Under the pieces are notes generated by a model. That model ran no database searches and was not told where the DNA came from. It saw only the letters and a program-made list of their open reading frames with translations. Of a stretch of 64,000 nucleotides of DNA, positions 1 through 13,073 are shown one piece after another. This stretch comes from Eutreptiella sp. 'Long Island Sound 2002' (Eukaryota > Protista > Euglenida), in contig OZ038378.1 of NCBI GenBank assembly GCA_964036045.1, positions 34,534,001 through 34,598,000 of the forward strand, in the 5' to 3' direction. A program made the position numbers and the translations under genes. The stretch's first letter is position 1. Each line of letters opens with the position of its first letter.

Positions 1-724
1 TTCTGTCAGAGGTCAACCAAGTGGATTGCTGCCACCAATCCCGGCTTTGTTGCTGGTCCTTAGGGTTGAAAAACCCCAGTGGGTAAAGGTGTTTCGGTGT
101 CAGCTTACACACAGCCACACACCTGGGGTCATGTTTGACGGGGATCAAGGGGTGTTGATGTGCATGAGTTCGGCTACTGGTGTGCAGTAGCGTGAACCCT
201 CTGTGTTGCACGTGATCGTGGACGCTGTGTCCGGTGTGGAGGGACCAGCCAGTCATCATCATCGCTGGCTTCGGTGCCCCGTTGCGATGAGGGTGAAAAA
301 CCGTCCGTGAAGAGCATTTGCCTGATGCCACACAGTGGCCCTTGCATCTGCGGGGAGTGAGACTGGGCTCTCGAGCGCCATCGTGTGGTGGGGGTGCCCC
401 CACTGGCAGACACACGCGGTCGCTTGGAGGCTGGCGTGCAGTCCTCCACGTCCATTAGGGGGGTGGCGTTTGTCCTCTGCTGGTGACAGGGGGTGGAGGT
501 CGCTAGTGCGCCGGGGGGGGATCGTCCCTGCCAGCCAGGGGTACTGCTGCAGCCTGTCTTGGGGGGGGGGGGGAAGGTTGGTGGTGCCCCCGTCCCTCCC
601 CTGTGTATTCCCGGGGACCATAGGGGTGCTTCTTCAATGTCAGATACATCCTCCAGCTCGTCGTCGTTGGGTGGACTTGCGCAACGCGCTGCGGTCACCA
701 ATCCTTTTGATAGTGGGGATCGTC

Positions 725-1160
725 GGCTTCCCATGTCCGCTAGCGTGTCCGCCTTGGTGTTGCCGTGAATTCCCACATGCGAAGGCACATGGGGCTAGCG
801 CACTGCTGGTCTCCCATGTTTAACTTCTTGCAATAGTTGTTCCCAGAGGTCCACATGGCCTACTGGTCCCTATGACCCTTGCCAGTCGTGCCGTTGCCAC
901 TTGCTGGCCTTGCCGATCGCTCCCATGACCAGCAGTTGTGAGTCAGAGCAGATTAGGGTTCTCCGTTCTGGGTTGCGCAGGCGGATGGCGTGGAGTGCTG
1001 CCCTTAGCTCCCCCCGGTTGTTAGTTTGCTTCTCCGTTGTGGGGAGGGGTGCCGCCATGTCCCTTTGGTCCCCGAAGTAGACCCCATACCCACCCACCAT
1101 TCCCGCCTGGGGGTGGGTGTCAGAAGAGCCATCAATCTAAGCAACTTCCCACCCCCCCTG
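725..1160 (-). pseudogene. RNase H domain (RNase H1-like) with three in-frame TAG stops
   Basis: One frame reads EVA*IDGS..GYGVYFG..QTNNRGEL..ICSDS..WQGS*GPVGHVDLWEQL..VR*PHVPSHVGIHGNTKADTLA. Stops at 1137-1139, 870-872 and 795-797 are all TAG; the last replaces the usually conserved Trp. Confidence 0.85.
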
Positions 1161-1899
1161 TATGTATTCATCAATCACACTTTGCGCTGCTGCTGCCATT
1201 TCCGCTCCGTGGATATCTTTTTTCCTCTTCTTGGGTTTGGGTCGGTGCAGTCCTGAGGGGAGGCCTCTGCACCAATGTGTCCAGCCGCGGGTGATGCAGA
1301 ATACCAGTGTCCTGCATGCTCCCAAGGGCTGCATGTAATCCCTTGCCTTCTGTCCGTTGGAGTGTGGGGAAGGGATGTTCAGACCATTGCACTAGGATGC
1401 TCATCCGTTGGGGCAAAAATATGTTCCACGTGGGGGGGGGGTGTCCCGGAACTTAACAGCGTTCCGCAGGTTCCAGTTTGCCATGATTGCCGTCCAGAGG
1501 ACAAGTCGCAGGGGTTTGGAGGGAGAGGGCCGGTTGATCCCACAGGATGACTTGTGGGTCGCTTTTTGTGAGATCATCCAATATCACCGGGCCCATGCAT
1601 TGTTGGGCGATGTGAAAAGCCGGGACGAGGAAGCGACGGCCGCACATAGCGTGCTCCACATCCTCCACCTTTCCGTCAATGGGGCAGGGTACACTGTGCG
1701 GGAGCCAGTTGGCCAGCCAGAGTCCTACCGGTATTTTCTTCCACAATGTTGTTTGTATGAATGTCTGATGCTTGGGAGGTACAGAGAGTTTGCTCCATGT
1801 TTGCCGTACTTCTGGTGTTTGCATGGGCTCAGGTGGTTGTTGTTGCATCAGGTAGTGCACAGGGCTTGTTCCTCGTATCCCTGCCCAACTAGACGCTAG

Positions 1900-2620
1900 G
1901 GCCCACATGGCGGCCCGTCGGAGCATGGGCGGGGCCCGCCGGTATGATGCCCTGGCACATGCACGGCCGCATGCGGCCGTACCAGTCGACGTTCTCGTTG
2001 TAGTCGTTGACCCAGCGCCGGCAGCCGCACTATTGGGCGGCTGCTGCCCGCGGCGCCACTCGAGGTGCGCCCCGCGCTGCAGCCACCGGCCGCTACGCGG
2101 GGCACTCCAGACCATCCATCGGTGGCCCGCCCCAAAGCCAGCCGGCGCCGCCCCCACTCGCGGTCCCGGCTGAGCCAGCCGCTGCCCCCGCCGACTACGG
2201 AGGCGCAGCACAACGATGCGCTCAGGCAGCAGGTATAGGAGCTGCAGCGGCGGCTTGAAGTGGCTTACGCGGAGCTCGCGGAGTACCCCCTTGCGGTCCG
2301 GGGCGGCCGCGTCGGCCACCGCGTCGCCCGTACTGTCGGCATCGGGTGCCGCGTCGGCGCCAATAGGACCCCGTGCTGCAGGGCCCAGCCGGGGCTGCAG
2401 GGCTCCGGCTATCGCGGCAACCATGGCCACCATGGAGGGCTGCAGGGCTGCAGCCAGGGCTTTCGCCAGGTCGTTGGGGTCGGCCATGGCGACGGGGGCA
2501 GCAGCAGGCAGTTGCGGCTGGCGCGGGCGCACACCGAGGGTAGGCGGCGCGTTGCGTCGGCGCGGGCTCTGCGTGTGCTGCATGTGGTTGAGTGCGGGAA
2601 CGCAGTGAGTAGCCTGGCCC
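1900..2620 (-). mobile_element. GC-rich block interrupting the LINE; gag/ORF1-like fragment of another element
   Basis: Abrupt GC increase. Reads MADPNDLAKALAAALQPSMVAMVAAIAGALQP and a Cys-containing stretch CGCRRWVNDYNE..RPCMCQG broken by TAG stops. Confidence 0.4.
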
Positions 2621-5070
2621 GCAGAGAATGACCAGCGAGTCTTGCACTCAGTGGGTAACACCACAACCATGTGAAGGAGCAAGAAACGTGGCGCATATGA
2701 TAGTGGGGGAGAATGGGATGGGAGTGTGTCCACACCAGTCTTGACAGCACCTCAAGCGCCTTCCGCCAAAGGTGTGTGGGGGCGGGATGATTGCCGTGGG
2801 CTGGGTGCAGAAACTTGGTGTAATGGCAGGGCAACCTGCCCACCACCCAAGACAGGCAGGGCAGTACACTCGACAGCCGGAACCAGATATCAAATCCACA
2901 CAAACACAATTCTCTTCAGCCGCCCTTCATCTTCACAAACGTGGCCGTGGACAGTTGTTGCAAAGGCTTGCATGGGGCTGCAGGTTTTGGCAGGGCACTG
3001 GCAAAGTTTGCGGCCAATGTCCTCCAATTCCCAGGGATGTGTCTATTGCGCTCGGACCGTAAGGATGCCAAACTGAGGCTACCCCTCCTGTCCGTGCATC
3101 CTCCCCCATCATCGGGTACCCATTCCCAGTGCCCCCCCCCCCCGCCTCCCACAAAAAAACATAATTGCGCTGCTCTGTAGCATCACCCGAAGCCCAAAGA
3201 AATCGACCTCTTGTTGATGATTGCCCCCAAAATACCATTGTAGACCACGATGAGGGGTTGGGTCTGCTTTAGGAGACTGCAGGGGGCCGATACCTGACTG
3301 TGATTGCATTTCATTCATTGGTGCAGATACGAAGACCGAATGTGTGATTTGAGTAATGACATTTTGGCTCAGAACAGGTGTGGGGTGTCCTGCCGTGGCG
3401 TGGCGTGGCCTGTGGGTGGGTTGTGGCGTGGCGTGGTGCGGCACTCGACCCTAGCAGCCGGCCTCCGCACGGAACTCCCATTGAGATTTAGATGCTGGTC
3501 CTTGATTCAATCGAATTTATGTGTCGCAACGCGGCTTGTGGTGTTCATGAATGCGCGCCTAACGCTCAGACAGTGCTGCGCCTGAAATTCGTCGATTTCC
3601 GGCAAAATGTGTGAAGAGCAAGCAGCAGCAGGGCTCTGTTTCGCGAGCCTTCAGTGGAATTGTTGCACGTTGTTCACTGCCGGATGGTTTGCCTCAGGGC
3701 AGAGGAACTGGGGACAGAATGCCACTCTGGCACCCGAGTTTCGTGACTCGCAATGTGTTGCGGGGGGTGAGACCCCCCCAAAGTTCAACAATGCTCCGAA
3801 AAGCAAAACTGCAGTGGTTTCTAGCTCTGACAGTGCGTTCCATTTCACACAGCAACTTGCATCGTCTCTCTGTTCCACTCCTCTGTGAATTTATGTGCCT
3901 TTGTGTGGGTGCAATCCAGTAGCTGGTGGAGGGCTGTGTTCCACAGAGTACGTCCACCAAAGGCTCCACCTACGCCTTCGCTTCGCTCACCTTGAATATG
4001 CCTCAACCCCCCCCTTCTGTCCATTCCTGCAGTAGTGTAGCAGGGGGTCAAAAGATCAAAAGCTTTGCCACGGAATCCCAGACAAATGATTCCGTTGCCG
4101 GTCCCCACAATATGGGCCCCTGCACATTTGGGACGTTCGTGGCGTCCGCCATCCCCTTTTCGCTGTACCTGCGAGCACTGCAAGCCCATGTCCTAAGACC
4201 TAGGCCCAGCGGTATGTCATGTGTGACACCCTAAGACGTCAGCCCTCTGCGCTGCCTTGCCCGCCTTTCGCAGGACTTACGAACACACGGCGGAGGAGCA
4301 CCGGCTTTTCCTACACTCTAAAAACGTCTTGAACAAAGATGCGCGATGGGACCCTGAGACCCTTGCCCTTGTGACATAGAGCCCCACCGCCATCAACTTG
4401 GAATGCAAAACGGAGGCGGACGCAGGCGTGCCCTTGAAGGGGCTCCCCCTCCGCCCGTTCGGGTTGGCATCTCGTTGTCTTCTCACCGGCCCACTAACCG
4501 TTTTCTAACAGCCAGACCTGTGTCCCTCAGCTGCTGGCCCAACCACCAGTGACCGCCTTGGCAACCACCTCCCCCTCCAGCCCCCCTCCTGAACAGGTGT
4601 GTTGGTAAAGTGCATCCCAAAAGCCCCGAGAACCAAGCTTCAAAGGTGTGCATCACGTGTGTCTCCCAACTTCCAAGAGTGTGTATCGCATGTCTCACAG
4701 GCTTTTCCGCTTTTGTGGTCCTGCGTGGCTCATTCCCCCGGCCTTTGCGGCCTTTTCCAGACATGATGAAGGAATTATCTTTGAAGAATCCTTCCTGATA
4801 CGGCATGTGTGTTGTGGTGCGTGGCCACGATCTCTTTCCTCTGTTCTTGGAAGTCGCGCATCACATGTGGATATCACGCTTCAAAATGGTGTATCGTGTG
4901 TGTATCCCAAAAAGATGCCCGTGCTAGCGGTGATGCACTCATCTACACGTCTCCCCCTTAAACGCACCCTCGCTGCAACGCTCAACCAGTCCTGCCGTTG
5001 GTGCAGTGGTGCACGGCAAGTCAGCCCAGGGAATAATGGGGGGGGGCGGGGGCCAAATCCAAGTTACGCT

Positions 5071-5239
5071 GTAAATTACGTAAATTTTTGTAAATTTCTC
5101 AAAAAGTGGCGTAAATTTCTTTAACTTTTGTAAATTCGGTGTAAATTGAGGAACCCAAGTGCTTTGCACGTTATTAGATGGATATTTAGATATGTAGGAG
5201 GTCTAGAATTGTGAGTATTGAACATGAATTTTGTAAATT
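5071..5239. repeat. Cluster of seven GTAAATT motifs in AT-rich DNA
   Basis: GTAAATT at 5071, 5080, 5090, 5111, 5130, 5141 and 5233. Confidence 0.85.
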
Positions 5240-5289
5240 CTTCTTTCATGTGTCAGCCTTTTCAGAGATTTAGCTATTTTCATCAAACC

Positions 5290-5567
5290 GTCCATGCTTT
5301 GAGCGCCAGATTCCGCAAGACGAGGCGCTGTACAAATGTCGTTTGTTGTGTGCTAGAGATCCCACCCTCGAGAGTTAGCCCGGCTGGAGTGTTGTGCTTG
5401 CAAGGGCGGACGCCTGTGGTTACATACTGTCCATGCTTTGAGCGGCAGATTCCGCAAGACGAGGTGCTATACAAATCTCGTTTGTTGCGTGCTGGAGATC
5501 CCACCCTCGAGAGCTATCCCGGCTCGAGTGTGGTGCTTGCAAGGGCGGACGCCGGTGGTTACATAGT
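5290..5567. repeat. Tandem duplication, 2 x 139 bp
   Basis: Copies start at 5290 and 5429 (gtccatgctttgagcg...ggttacata). Confidence 0.95.
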
Positions 5568-5589
5568 GCGTCTTACCCCCATGGAACTG

Positions 5590-5883
5590 GAGTACTTTGC
5601 ATGTCATAAGATTTACACATTTAGCAATTGCCTTGGTTGCAGTGAAGCTTGTACATGGCTGTTTGTTTCGGCACTTTTTTTCCTGTGATGTGCGTGCAAG
5701 CATTCGGGTCGCAAGAATTTCCGTGTTAATTAACGACCCCGAGTGCTTTGCATGTTATAAGATTTACACACTTAGCAATTGGCTTGCTTGTAGTGCAGCT
5801 TGCACAGTGCTGTTTGTTGTGGCAGTTTTTGTCATGTGATGTGGGTGTGCAAGCAAGAAGCGGAGGCCGAGTGGCAAGAATTC
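5590..5883. repeat. Tandem duplication, period 151 bp
   Basis: Copies start at 5590 and 5741 (gagtRctttgcatgtYataagatttacaca...). Confidence 0.9.
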
Positions 5884-8800
5884 GCTACACCCGCTGCCAC
5901 CCTCCGCCACATCAAGGCCGAAGGTGTGCCCTCAACTCTGCAGCAAGTGCAGATCGAGCGCGCCGCAAAGAATTCCAAGCCCTGCAATGGCTTTCAGTTC
6001 TCATACAAACCCCCCGCTGCCGCCAGGGGGGGCAAGGTACACCCCTGGGGAGCCGCGGTTTTGTCACTCACGCTGTGAGGCAGACGACAACACTACAGGT
6101 CCTTGGGTACGTTGGGAGGTTCAGTGATGTGTCTGCCGGAATTTGCTGTTATTTCCTTTGCATTTCTGGTGAGTGGTCAACAGTCATTTAGCCCCCCCCC
6201 CACCTATGTGCAGTCAAAATACTCAGAACTGATCGGGGAATTGAAATACCGGCACGGGGGGGGGGGGGGGGGCTGTAGGCAGAGCAGAATTTCTGTTCAA
6301 TATATTCTGTGCCAAATTTTCTGCATCATTTGCCTGGCGTGAGTATCGATTGGCAAAGCTAGGTCTCCTCCCTCAGCCGCAGGTGTCGGTGTCAAGAATT
6401 ACAGGAACCCCCCCCCCCCATGGTCGCTTCGGTTTCTAGCACCCGCCCACTCTACCCCCCCCCCCCTTCCCCCCGGTGTCCAGCAAACGGCTTGTCCAAC
6501 GAACACTTGGTGTTGAACCCGTATTAATTTGGTGCCCAAATGAATTAGGTACTGAATTTCAGAGTACACAATTTAGGCTGGACAATGGGGAAAGGAAGCT
6601 GTTGTGATGTGTCTTGCAATGATGCTTCTGAAAATTGTACAACAGGATGCAAGGTACTGTTGACCCTCAGCTACAGGACCTCTATTGCCCACCATGATTG
6701 ATTCTATACTTGCACCTGGCCGCGCGCACCGAATGGCTTGTCCAGCAAACACTTGATGTTTGGACCGTATTATTTGGAGATTTTATTGTTCGCTGGAAAC
6801 AGGGGGGGGGGGGGTGCACTGTCTTTGCCTCTGATCCTGCCATCCCTCTGCCCCAACCCAGGACCCATGCAGGGGCCGGGTAGTCTGGACCAGCAACACT
6901 GTTCACCTCCGCTCCTGCGTGGGAGACAGGATCAGCATGCACCACATGAAATACAAGGAGCCCCACACCCACAGTCACACAGAATGTTCATCTGCCCTTT
7001 GAAGGACCCCATGCACAATAAACTGGGCAAACCTATTCGGCACCTGGAATCCCCCCGCCCCCAGCTGACACAAGCCTGTGTGTGAAGGTGTTGGCCGCTT
7101 CCGTCCGTCCCCAACCGCATTGTATTCTAACCGCCCCAACCGCTCTTCGAATCGCCAGTCACCGTGTTTGCCACCATGCCTGCCACCGCCTCCCTCATCT
7201 TGAAACACGCACAAGAGCTTTATCCTGCCCCCCTTTTCTTTAGAATATTTATTTGGGAACTTTTGGGGAAGTTTACTTGTCATTGTGCTGGCAGTAGCGT
7301 AAAGGACAGATATTTGCTTCAAGAGCATGATGACACGTTGCATCTTCCCCCCCCCCCCCAATCAACATACTCCGCACTCCTGATAAATGCAATCTTGAGC
7401 AACAAGCAGGCCTCAGAAAAGACAAGAAAGAGCAAGCATGAGACACCGGGTGTACTGCATTTAATCAACCAGCCTTCGTGCAGCAGCCTGCCCTGCCGAC
7501 CATATCGCCTTCCTCACCGTAGCTGCCCTTGGAAACTGAAGGTTGTGGACCCCTCCAATGCCTCTGACATCAACAGGTTGTACCCCAGGGCGGACACTGC
7601 AAGACTTCAGGGGCAGTTGCACAGGTGCCCCCGGGTTGTTTCTGCAACTTTTGGACCTCTGCCCCCCGGCTTGGACCTCCGCCCCAGGGACCTTGGTGCC
7701 CCTTGTGCTGCCTGCAGCCGCGTGTGCGCCACTTCCCGGCCCCCTGCCCTTCCCTGCCCTGGCGTGTGTGGGGGGGGGGGGGTTGACTCTGGCTCCAGTG
7801 CTTGGTGTGCCCTACTGCTGGCCCCTGACGCGGGCCCGCCAGCTCTTCTTGTGGCTCTGGCTCCTGGTCTCCCATCTGGGGCGGTTGTGGGGGTGGGGAG
7901 GTGTCTGCCCCACCGTCTTCCTCTGCTCTGGCCTTTTTGGTTTGGGCTAGGGAGGCCTCTCCTTTGCCCCCCCCCCCCCCTGTACTGGGCACGTGCGCCC
8001 TGCATGAGACTCTTGTTCCCCTGCTCACCCTCCTGTGCACGCTGCCTTGCGCCGCAGCGCTTCGTCCCCCAACGATTCCTCTGCGTTCGGTCTCGGTCTC
8101 CTCAACGAGCAGCAGGCCCACGCAACAACAACCGCTACCACAATGGCAAAACTGCGGGGCAAGTATGGAAGAGACTTAGTCCAGACCAGCTCGTCCCTCT
8201 TGGCCACCGTAGAGGATAGGCGAGGGGCATAACCGCGAGGCAGGGCGCCAGAACGCACGTCGGCCCACCTTCCCGCTCGACCTCTATACATTGGTCAATG
8301 CACGTCAATTGGAGATTGCCGAAAATTGCCTTTTTGCCATGGGAATAACAAGAGTGGCGCCCTATGGGGCACCCACGGCGACAGCAGAGCTGGGGGGGGG
8401 GGTCAGCTCCCCGCGAGGGTTGGAGGCCCCCGGCGGGGGCTAAGGCAGGTCTAACAGCGAGCACGCATGAGCCCTTGGCGCAGGTCCTTCCCTCGCGGCG
8501 TGTGCAGCATGGGGGATGCGTAGGGGGGTGGTAAGTCGGCTTAGCCCGCCCCCGCCTCTGCGTTGACCTCTATACACACAATGTGCAGGACCCAAATAGG
8601 CTGATCTGTTTCTGCAACTTTTGGAAACATGGGGTTTGGCGGTTCCTTGTTCTGGTAGTCCATGAACGCCAAGTTTTTCTGTGATTTGGGGCTGGGGATA
8701 GTTTTTTGGGGGTGCTGATTACTTGCCACATGTCTGGTTCTCCAGCAGTGCAAGTCATCACACATGGGTTGGGCACTGAGGCACTGCCGCTGTTTGTGTT

Positions 8801-9599
8801 TTGTCAGGGTGCACATAAACAACACCCTTGTCGGTGCAATAGGAGGCATTGTGTCCATATTCAGTGCCTTTACCGTTGTTCTTGTGAGGCGTGGGGGTAG
8901 TACTTGAGCCCCCCGCACCCCCCTCCTTAGCTGGGAGATGTTGCTCTGATTTGTACCATTATCTTAACCCTCAGCATACCTCCTAATTGCTGGGGAACGA
9001 GGAATTTCCACACTGTTAAGCCCTTGAAGTGTTGGTGCTGACTGCATGGTTCTGAGGGTTTGTTTGTGCAGTTTCGAGGGCTCTAGGAATTGCAAGTGGT
9101 GCAGCCTGTGAGTTGCATGGGTGGGACAGCGGGCTTGGGGCAACTGGCTTGAAGGTTTGCATTTGGTGGCACGGGGGTGGGGAGGATGGTGGGCTTTAGT
9201 GTGAGGGCGAGGAGGGTGTGGACGGAGCCCTGGGGGCATTGGTGTCGAGGCTGGTGCAGTGGCCTATTCAACTGAGGGCAGGTGGAGGCAGGGGTCTTGC
9301 ACCGGACTTGGGCTGGGGTATCTTCGGACTCTGCCACTGAAGCACAAAGAGGGAAACAGACCTCGAGGACCTCTGAACAAAGGCTGCGACTGACAGGATG
9401 TGTGGCAGTGCTGACACAGTGCTGAGACCAGTGACCAGGCAACCGCGCAGCTCCTGGGCTGCAATGCCTGCTGATTCCCTTCCACCTGGCAATAGCCAAG
9501 TCTGTTGTTTGCGACCCACAGTGTTCCCACTCTGCAATTGTTGATACCCAGCCCTGTATGTCTGGGTTGGTTGGGTTGAAGCACTCACACATCTTACCC

Positions 9600-10400
9600 C
9601 ACTGCCTGTGAGGACCAATGGTAAAGAGGGGCTGAGACCTAGGGGAAGCACGTGACACAGCGTGCTTGCGGCGCAGCTATGCGGCGAGTATTCTGGAAAA
9701 GGTGCTGTGTTGCAATCTCGTTTTGTCCTCGCGCTATGCACGGCCATCAATGCAATTATTTGGGGCCGAAAAGTGCCACAACGGGCCAAGGGCCATTTCA
9801 AGGATTGGGAAGTTGGTGCCAATTGTATTGTGCTCTTGAGTGTGCGATCTTTGTGGGAAGGAGGGTTGTGTGTACAGTTTTTGTGGCCAAAGTGTTTGCT
9901 CTCCTCCAAGGGCCATTTTGTGAGGGGGTAAAAATCAGGATGTTCCGGGTGCATTCGCCGCAAAAGTAGCATCTGCAGCGCAAGTAATGTCCCCGAGCAA
10001 GAAGCCGAATGAACACTGGGGTGTCTGTGCATCATTCTCGGGCGAGCACTGGTGGTGATGAAGGTCCTAGGGCAGGGATGATTGGCGTGTGTGGTGGCAG
10101 AATTGGGCAATTGCAGTCCAGGGGGTACCGGTAAGCAATCGCAGGCTCACTTTCAAGGGAGTGGATTCAGCTAGTAACTAACAAGGTAGCTAGGGCATGG
10201 ACAAGGAAGGGTGGAAAGGCAAATGGACCACTAGAAAGGTCGCCTTTGACAATAGATGTACCTCCACCCCCACGTGTCCGGACAATGTCCTTGCCTAAAC
10301 AACAATCACCATTGTTTCTACCATTTTTGGTCGGAAGATGGCGCGGAGACGGACCTGCCGCACAAGGCAACCTGGACGGAACCATCCAATGGCGGAGAGA
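9600..10400 (-). pseudogene. Possible KDZ (Kyakuja-Dileera-Zisupton)-like transposase remnant
   Basis: Across frameshifts, in order: FCHH (CxH), FLLGDITC (D-x-x-C), KHFGHKNCTHNP (H-x-x-H-x-x-C) and GTNFPILEM (N...E). Matches the family pattern by eye only. Confidence 0.35.
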
Positions 10401-11179
10401 GGCTACGTCACCGATGCCGCTGCCAGATTTGGTAGTGGAGCCCCTCCCCCGGGTGGGGGACACAAGCACAGAGGCATGGGTAGCGAGCCACTCCACAATG
10501 GGGAACGGGGGGTCCTAACCACCCTCACAGGAGAGCAACGATTGGCAGCTCCCGGCAAGCGGCTAGTGCATGCTCGGTCATCAAGGCTTTCAACACCTAG
10601 CAAGTCCAAGCGCGGCCATGGGGTGGTGGGAAACACATGGGCATGGAAGGCGCCAGCCGTAGACTTGGGGCGCTTTGCCGTATCATGCAGCCTCTTTGCC
10701 ACGGGCTTCACCAAGGCGGCGTTCATTGTGATGTCGCTACAACAGGATGGGTGCCGGAGAGAGTCAACGCCCTTAAGAGGATCGGAGGCCCCATGTGAGG
10801 GTTTTGATCTGGATATCACTTTGTATTTTTTTTACAAGTCTCGATAGATGCCGTTTGTCCTATGTTGTGTTCTTTACACCACAGGTTTCTTTTTACAACC
10901 CTAGATAGATGATGTTTCCCTGTGGATGTGATTTGGGCACCGCTTTATTTTTCTTTACAATTTTCCATGGATGCTATTTATTTGTGGTTCTAGAAGTCAC
11001 CACCTGCAACACACTATACCATGGCACGTACACCCACATACCGAGCAATTTGTACCATCGACAACAATGCATAGGATAAGTTGATTGTGGATGTGGTGCA
11101 ACCTAGTATGCGTGGGCACAATTCCCCAACTGCAAACCGACGGGAAAGGATATCAAAATTCTGGCGGGCGCTCAGATCC

Positions 11180-11183
<4 letters not shown>

Positions 11184-11238
<55 letters not shown>
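11184..11238. repeat. (TC)n microsatellite followed by a C run
   Basis: Directly visible. Confidence 0.95.
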
Positions 11239-11240
<2 letters not shown>

Positions 11241-11990
11241 CCCCCCCCCCCCCCGTGGTGCATGGGCCACGCCGATATGTCAGAACCCATGTCAAAATTC
11301 AGCATAGCAAAGAGAGTCTGCAATGCAACCACGCTTGCAAGAAGCAAGCCCGTGTGAATGGCCTTGTCCATCACCAAGCAAGGCAAACATAAGAACAAGG
11401 TGGTCTAGAAGCCTCGCCCACCCCACCCGCGGTATAGGTTTTCTGGGCACATTTTTGTCGAAAATTGACACCCGAAAACTTCGACCCCGTCCCGATTTTT
11501 TTCAAGAACAGCAAGCGCCCCATGTCTTGTCTTGTTGAAGCCCTTAGTCCGTTGCTTGTATTGGTATTCTTTTCATGCCTAACGGAAGCACTAGCTGGTT
11601 GCGCCGCAGCTCGTTCATGGTCCCTTGGTTTTTGGCGAGCGACCGCTACCAACACGGGTGCAAAACCCCCAACTCATAGAACAACATTATTATAGCATTT
11701 GACCAAGCAACCCGCCAGCCATTTTGAAGTTTGTCCGTCCATTGTACACAACCATATCCGTTTTTGTTCGTGATGAAACCATACGTGACCACAAGAATGC
11801 TTCGTTGAACAATCACTCCAAAATTTCCCAAAACAGTCGCGGGCTGTGACGCCGAAAAAATACCTTTCCGTGTAATTTTTGCGCCTAAAACTCAGAGTTG
11901 CCAAATACTACCCCCCGCTCATTCTCTTGTACATCTCTCCAAGATCGTAATGAGCTACATTTTGAGGCGTAATGAGCTACGTTTCGAGGC

Positions 11991-12379
11991 TTAGCTGCAC
12001 GATATGTCCAAATGCCGCCCAAAATGCGCAATTTGAAAAAAGTGCCTTCCGTCAAACCTCCGATGCATAAACCACCTGCCTTTTATCGCCTCGCTGACCC
12101 AAATACGAAGCCAACACCTGCTACCCACCACGAGCGACCTTGGTGAAAAAGTTCCAAAGGCAAGTGGATCCGGGGCTCCTTGCAGTTCCACTTTGGGGGG
12201 GGACCCATGATGGCCAAACAGCGCAGCTTGTTGTTGGTGCTGACCGCATGCTCCAAAACCCTCCACTCGACAATTCGTTTTCCATGAACATACCAAGGCA
12301 CATACACACTGAAGCACAACAGTAGGGCTTCAATTTTGGTCAGCCCTTGTACCGCAAGGCTGTATTCGCGAAGCTCCAA
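11991..12379 (-). pseudogene. Possible N-terminal half of a Harbinger/ISL2EU-like transposase, inverted relative to the C-terminal half
   Basis: LTKIEALLLCFSVYVPWY..WRV..AVS..LA..RIHLPLELF then, shifted, SLVVGSRC; resembles the HTH plus first-D region. Confidence 0.3.
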
Positions 12380-12761
12380 AGTCCATACGGTTCGGGATGG
12401 AACAAAAATGCCATTTTTTGCCCAAATTGGTCTCCCTCAAATGGTTGTTTTTTGTTGGCACCGTGTCTTTTGGAGCAAAAACGGTTTTCCGTGACCCTTG
12501 GAGCAGTTCGGAGGTAATGGTGCTTGAAACGAGGCCACGTGAGCCAGAGACGTGGCGCTATTCCCATTGCCACATGACCCGCGTTTCCAAAATTCCAATT
12601 TTCCCCCAATTTGAACCCTCCCGCAAACTGTGAAATGTGAACGGTTTTTTTGAAATTCCAAATGCTACATGAATGGTTTTCCATGCCGTTCACAAAAATG
12701 CAGTTGAAACCAAATTTTGTGAAGGGGGGAACGTTAGCGCGCCGGGCATCTTTTGTGACAC

Positions 12762-13073
12762 GTGCCCTACCGGTGGACTGTTGCCGTTGATATGTTGGGC
12801 AACATTATATGGATTTGCCCCTTGGCCCCCGGGACATCAGCAGATGTTTTGATTTGGGATGGGTATGGACCTTCTCGTACCCGAGGTGATTTCTTTGATT
12901 TCGAAGTTGGGGGCCATGATGGTGCTTATAAGGGCCGGATTCATGTCATTGTGCCATTCATTGGAAGAAAGAATGGCACTTTGACATCCCGCCAACAATG
13001 TTACAATGACGTGCACGGGTGGTATAGGGCACGCATTGAGCAGCTGTTTGCTCGGTTGTGGCACGCAAGATGA
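12762..13073 (+). pseudogene. DDE_Tnp_4 (PIF/Harbinger-ISL2EU, IS5-like) transposase catalytic fragment
   Basis: VAVDMLGNIIWI..APGTSADVLIW..DGAYKG..VPF..LTSRQQCYN..RARIEQLFARL has the typical G-x-x-x-D, D-x-x-Y, N and R-x-x-I-E motifs. Confidence 0.8.

Larger units (their letters stand above)
174..3130 (-). mobile_element. Decayed non-LTR retrotransposon 3' part: post-RT GGxGL region, CCHC (zf-RVT) and C-terminal RNase H
   Basis: Minus-strand frames give RTGGVASVWHP (~3040-3100), CPIDGKVEDVEHAMC (zf-RVT-like, ~1620-1720) and then RNase H motifs. Interrupted by frameshifts, stops and a GC-rich block. Confidence 0.75.

Noticed and set aside
5290-5883. CRISPR-like array from the tandem repeats (also 41440-41900 and 50460-50645)
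   Set aside because: Long diverged tandem units without unique spacers, and no cas genes.
7164-8219. Long ORFs such as 7164-8219 (+), 35173-36174 (+) and 44265-45713 (-) as genes
   Set aside because: Low-complexity or antisense shadows of GC-rich sequence with no domain motifs.
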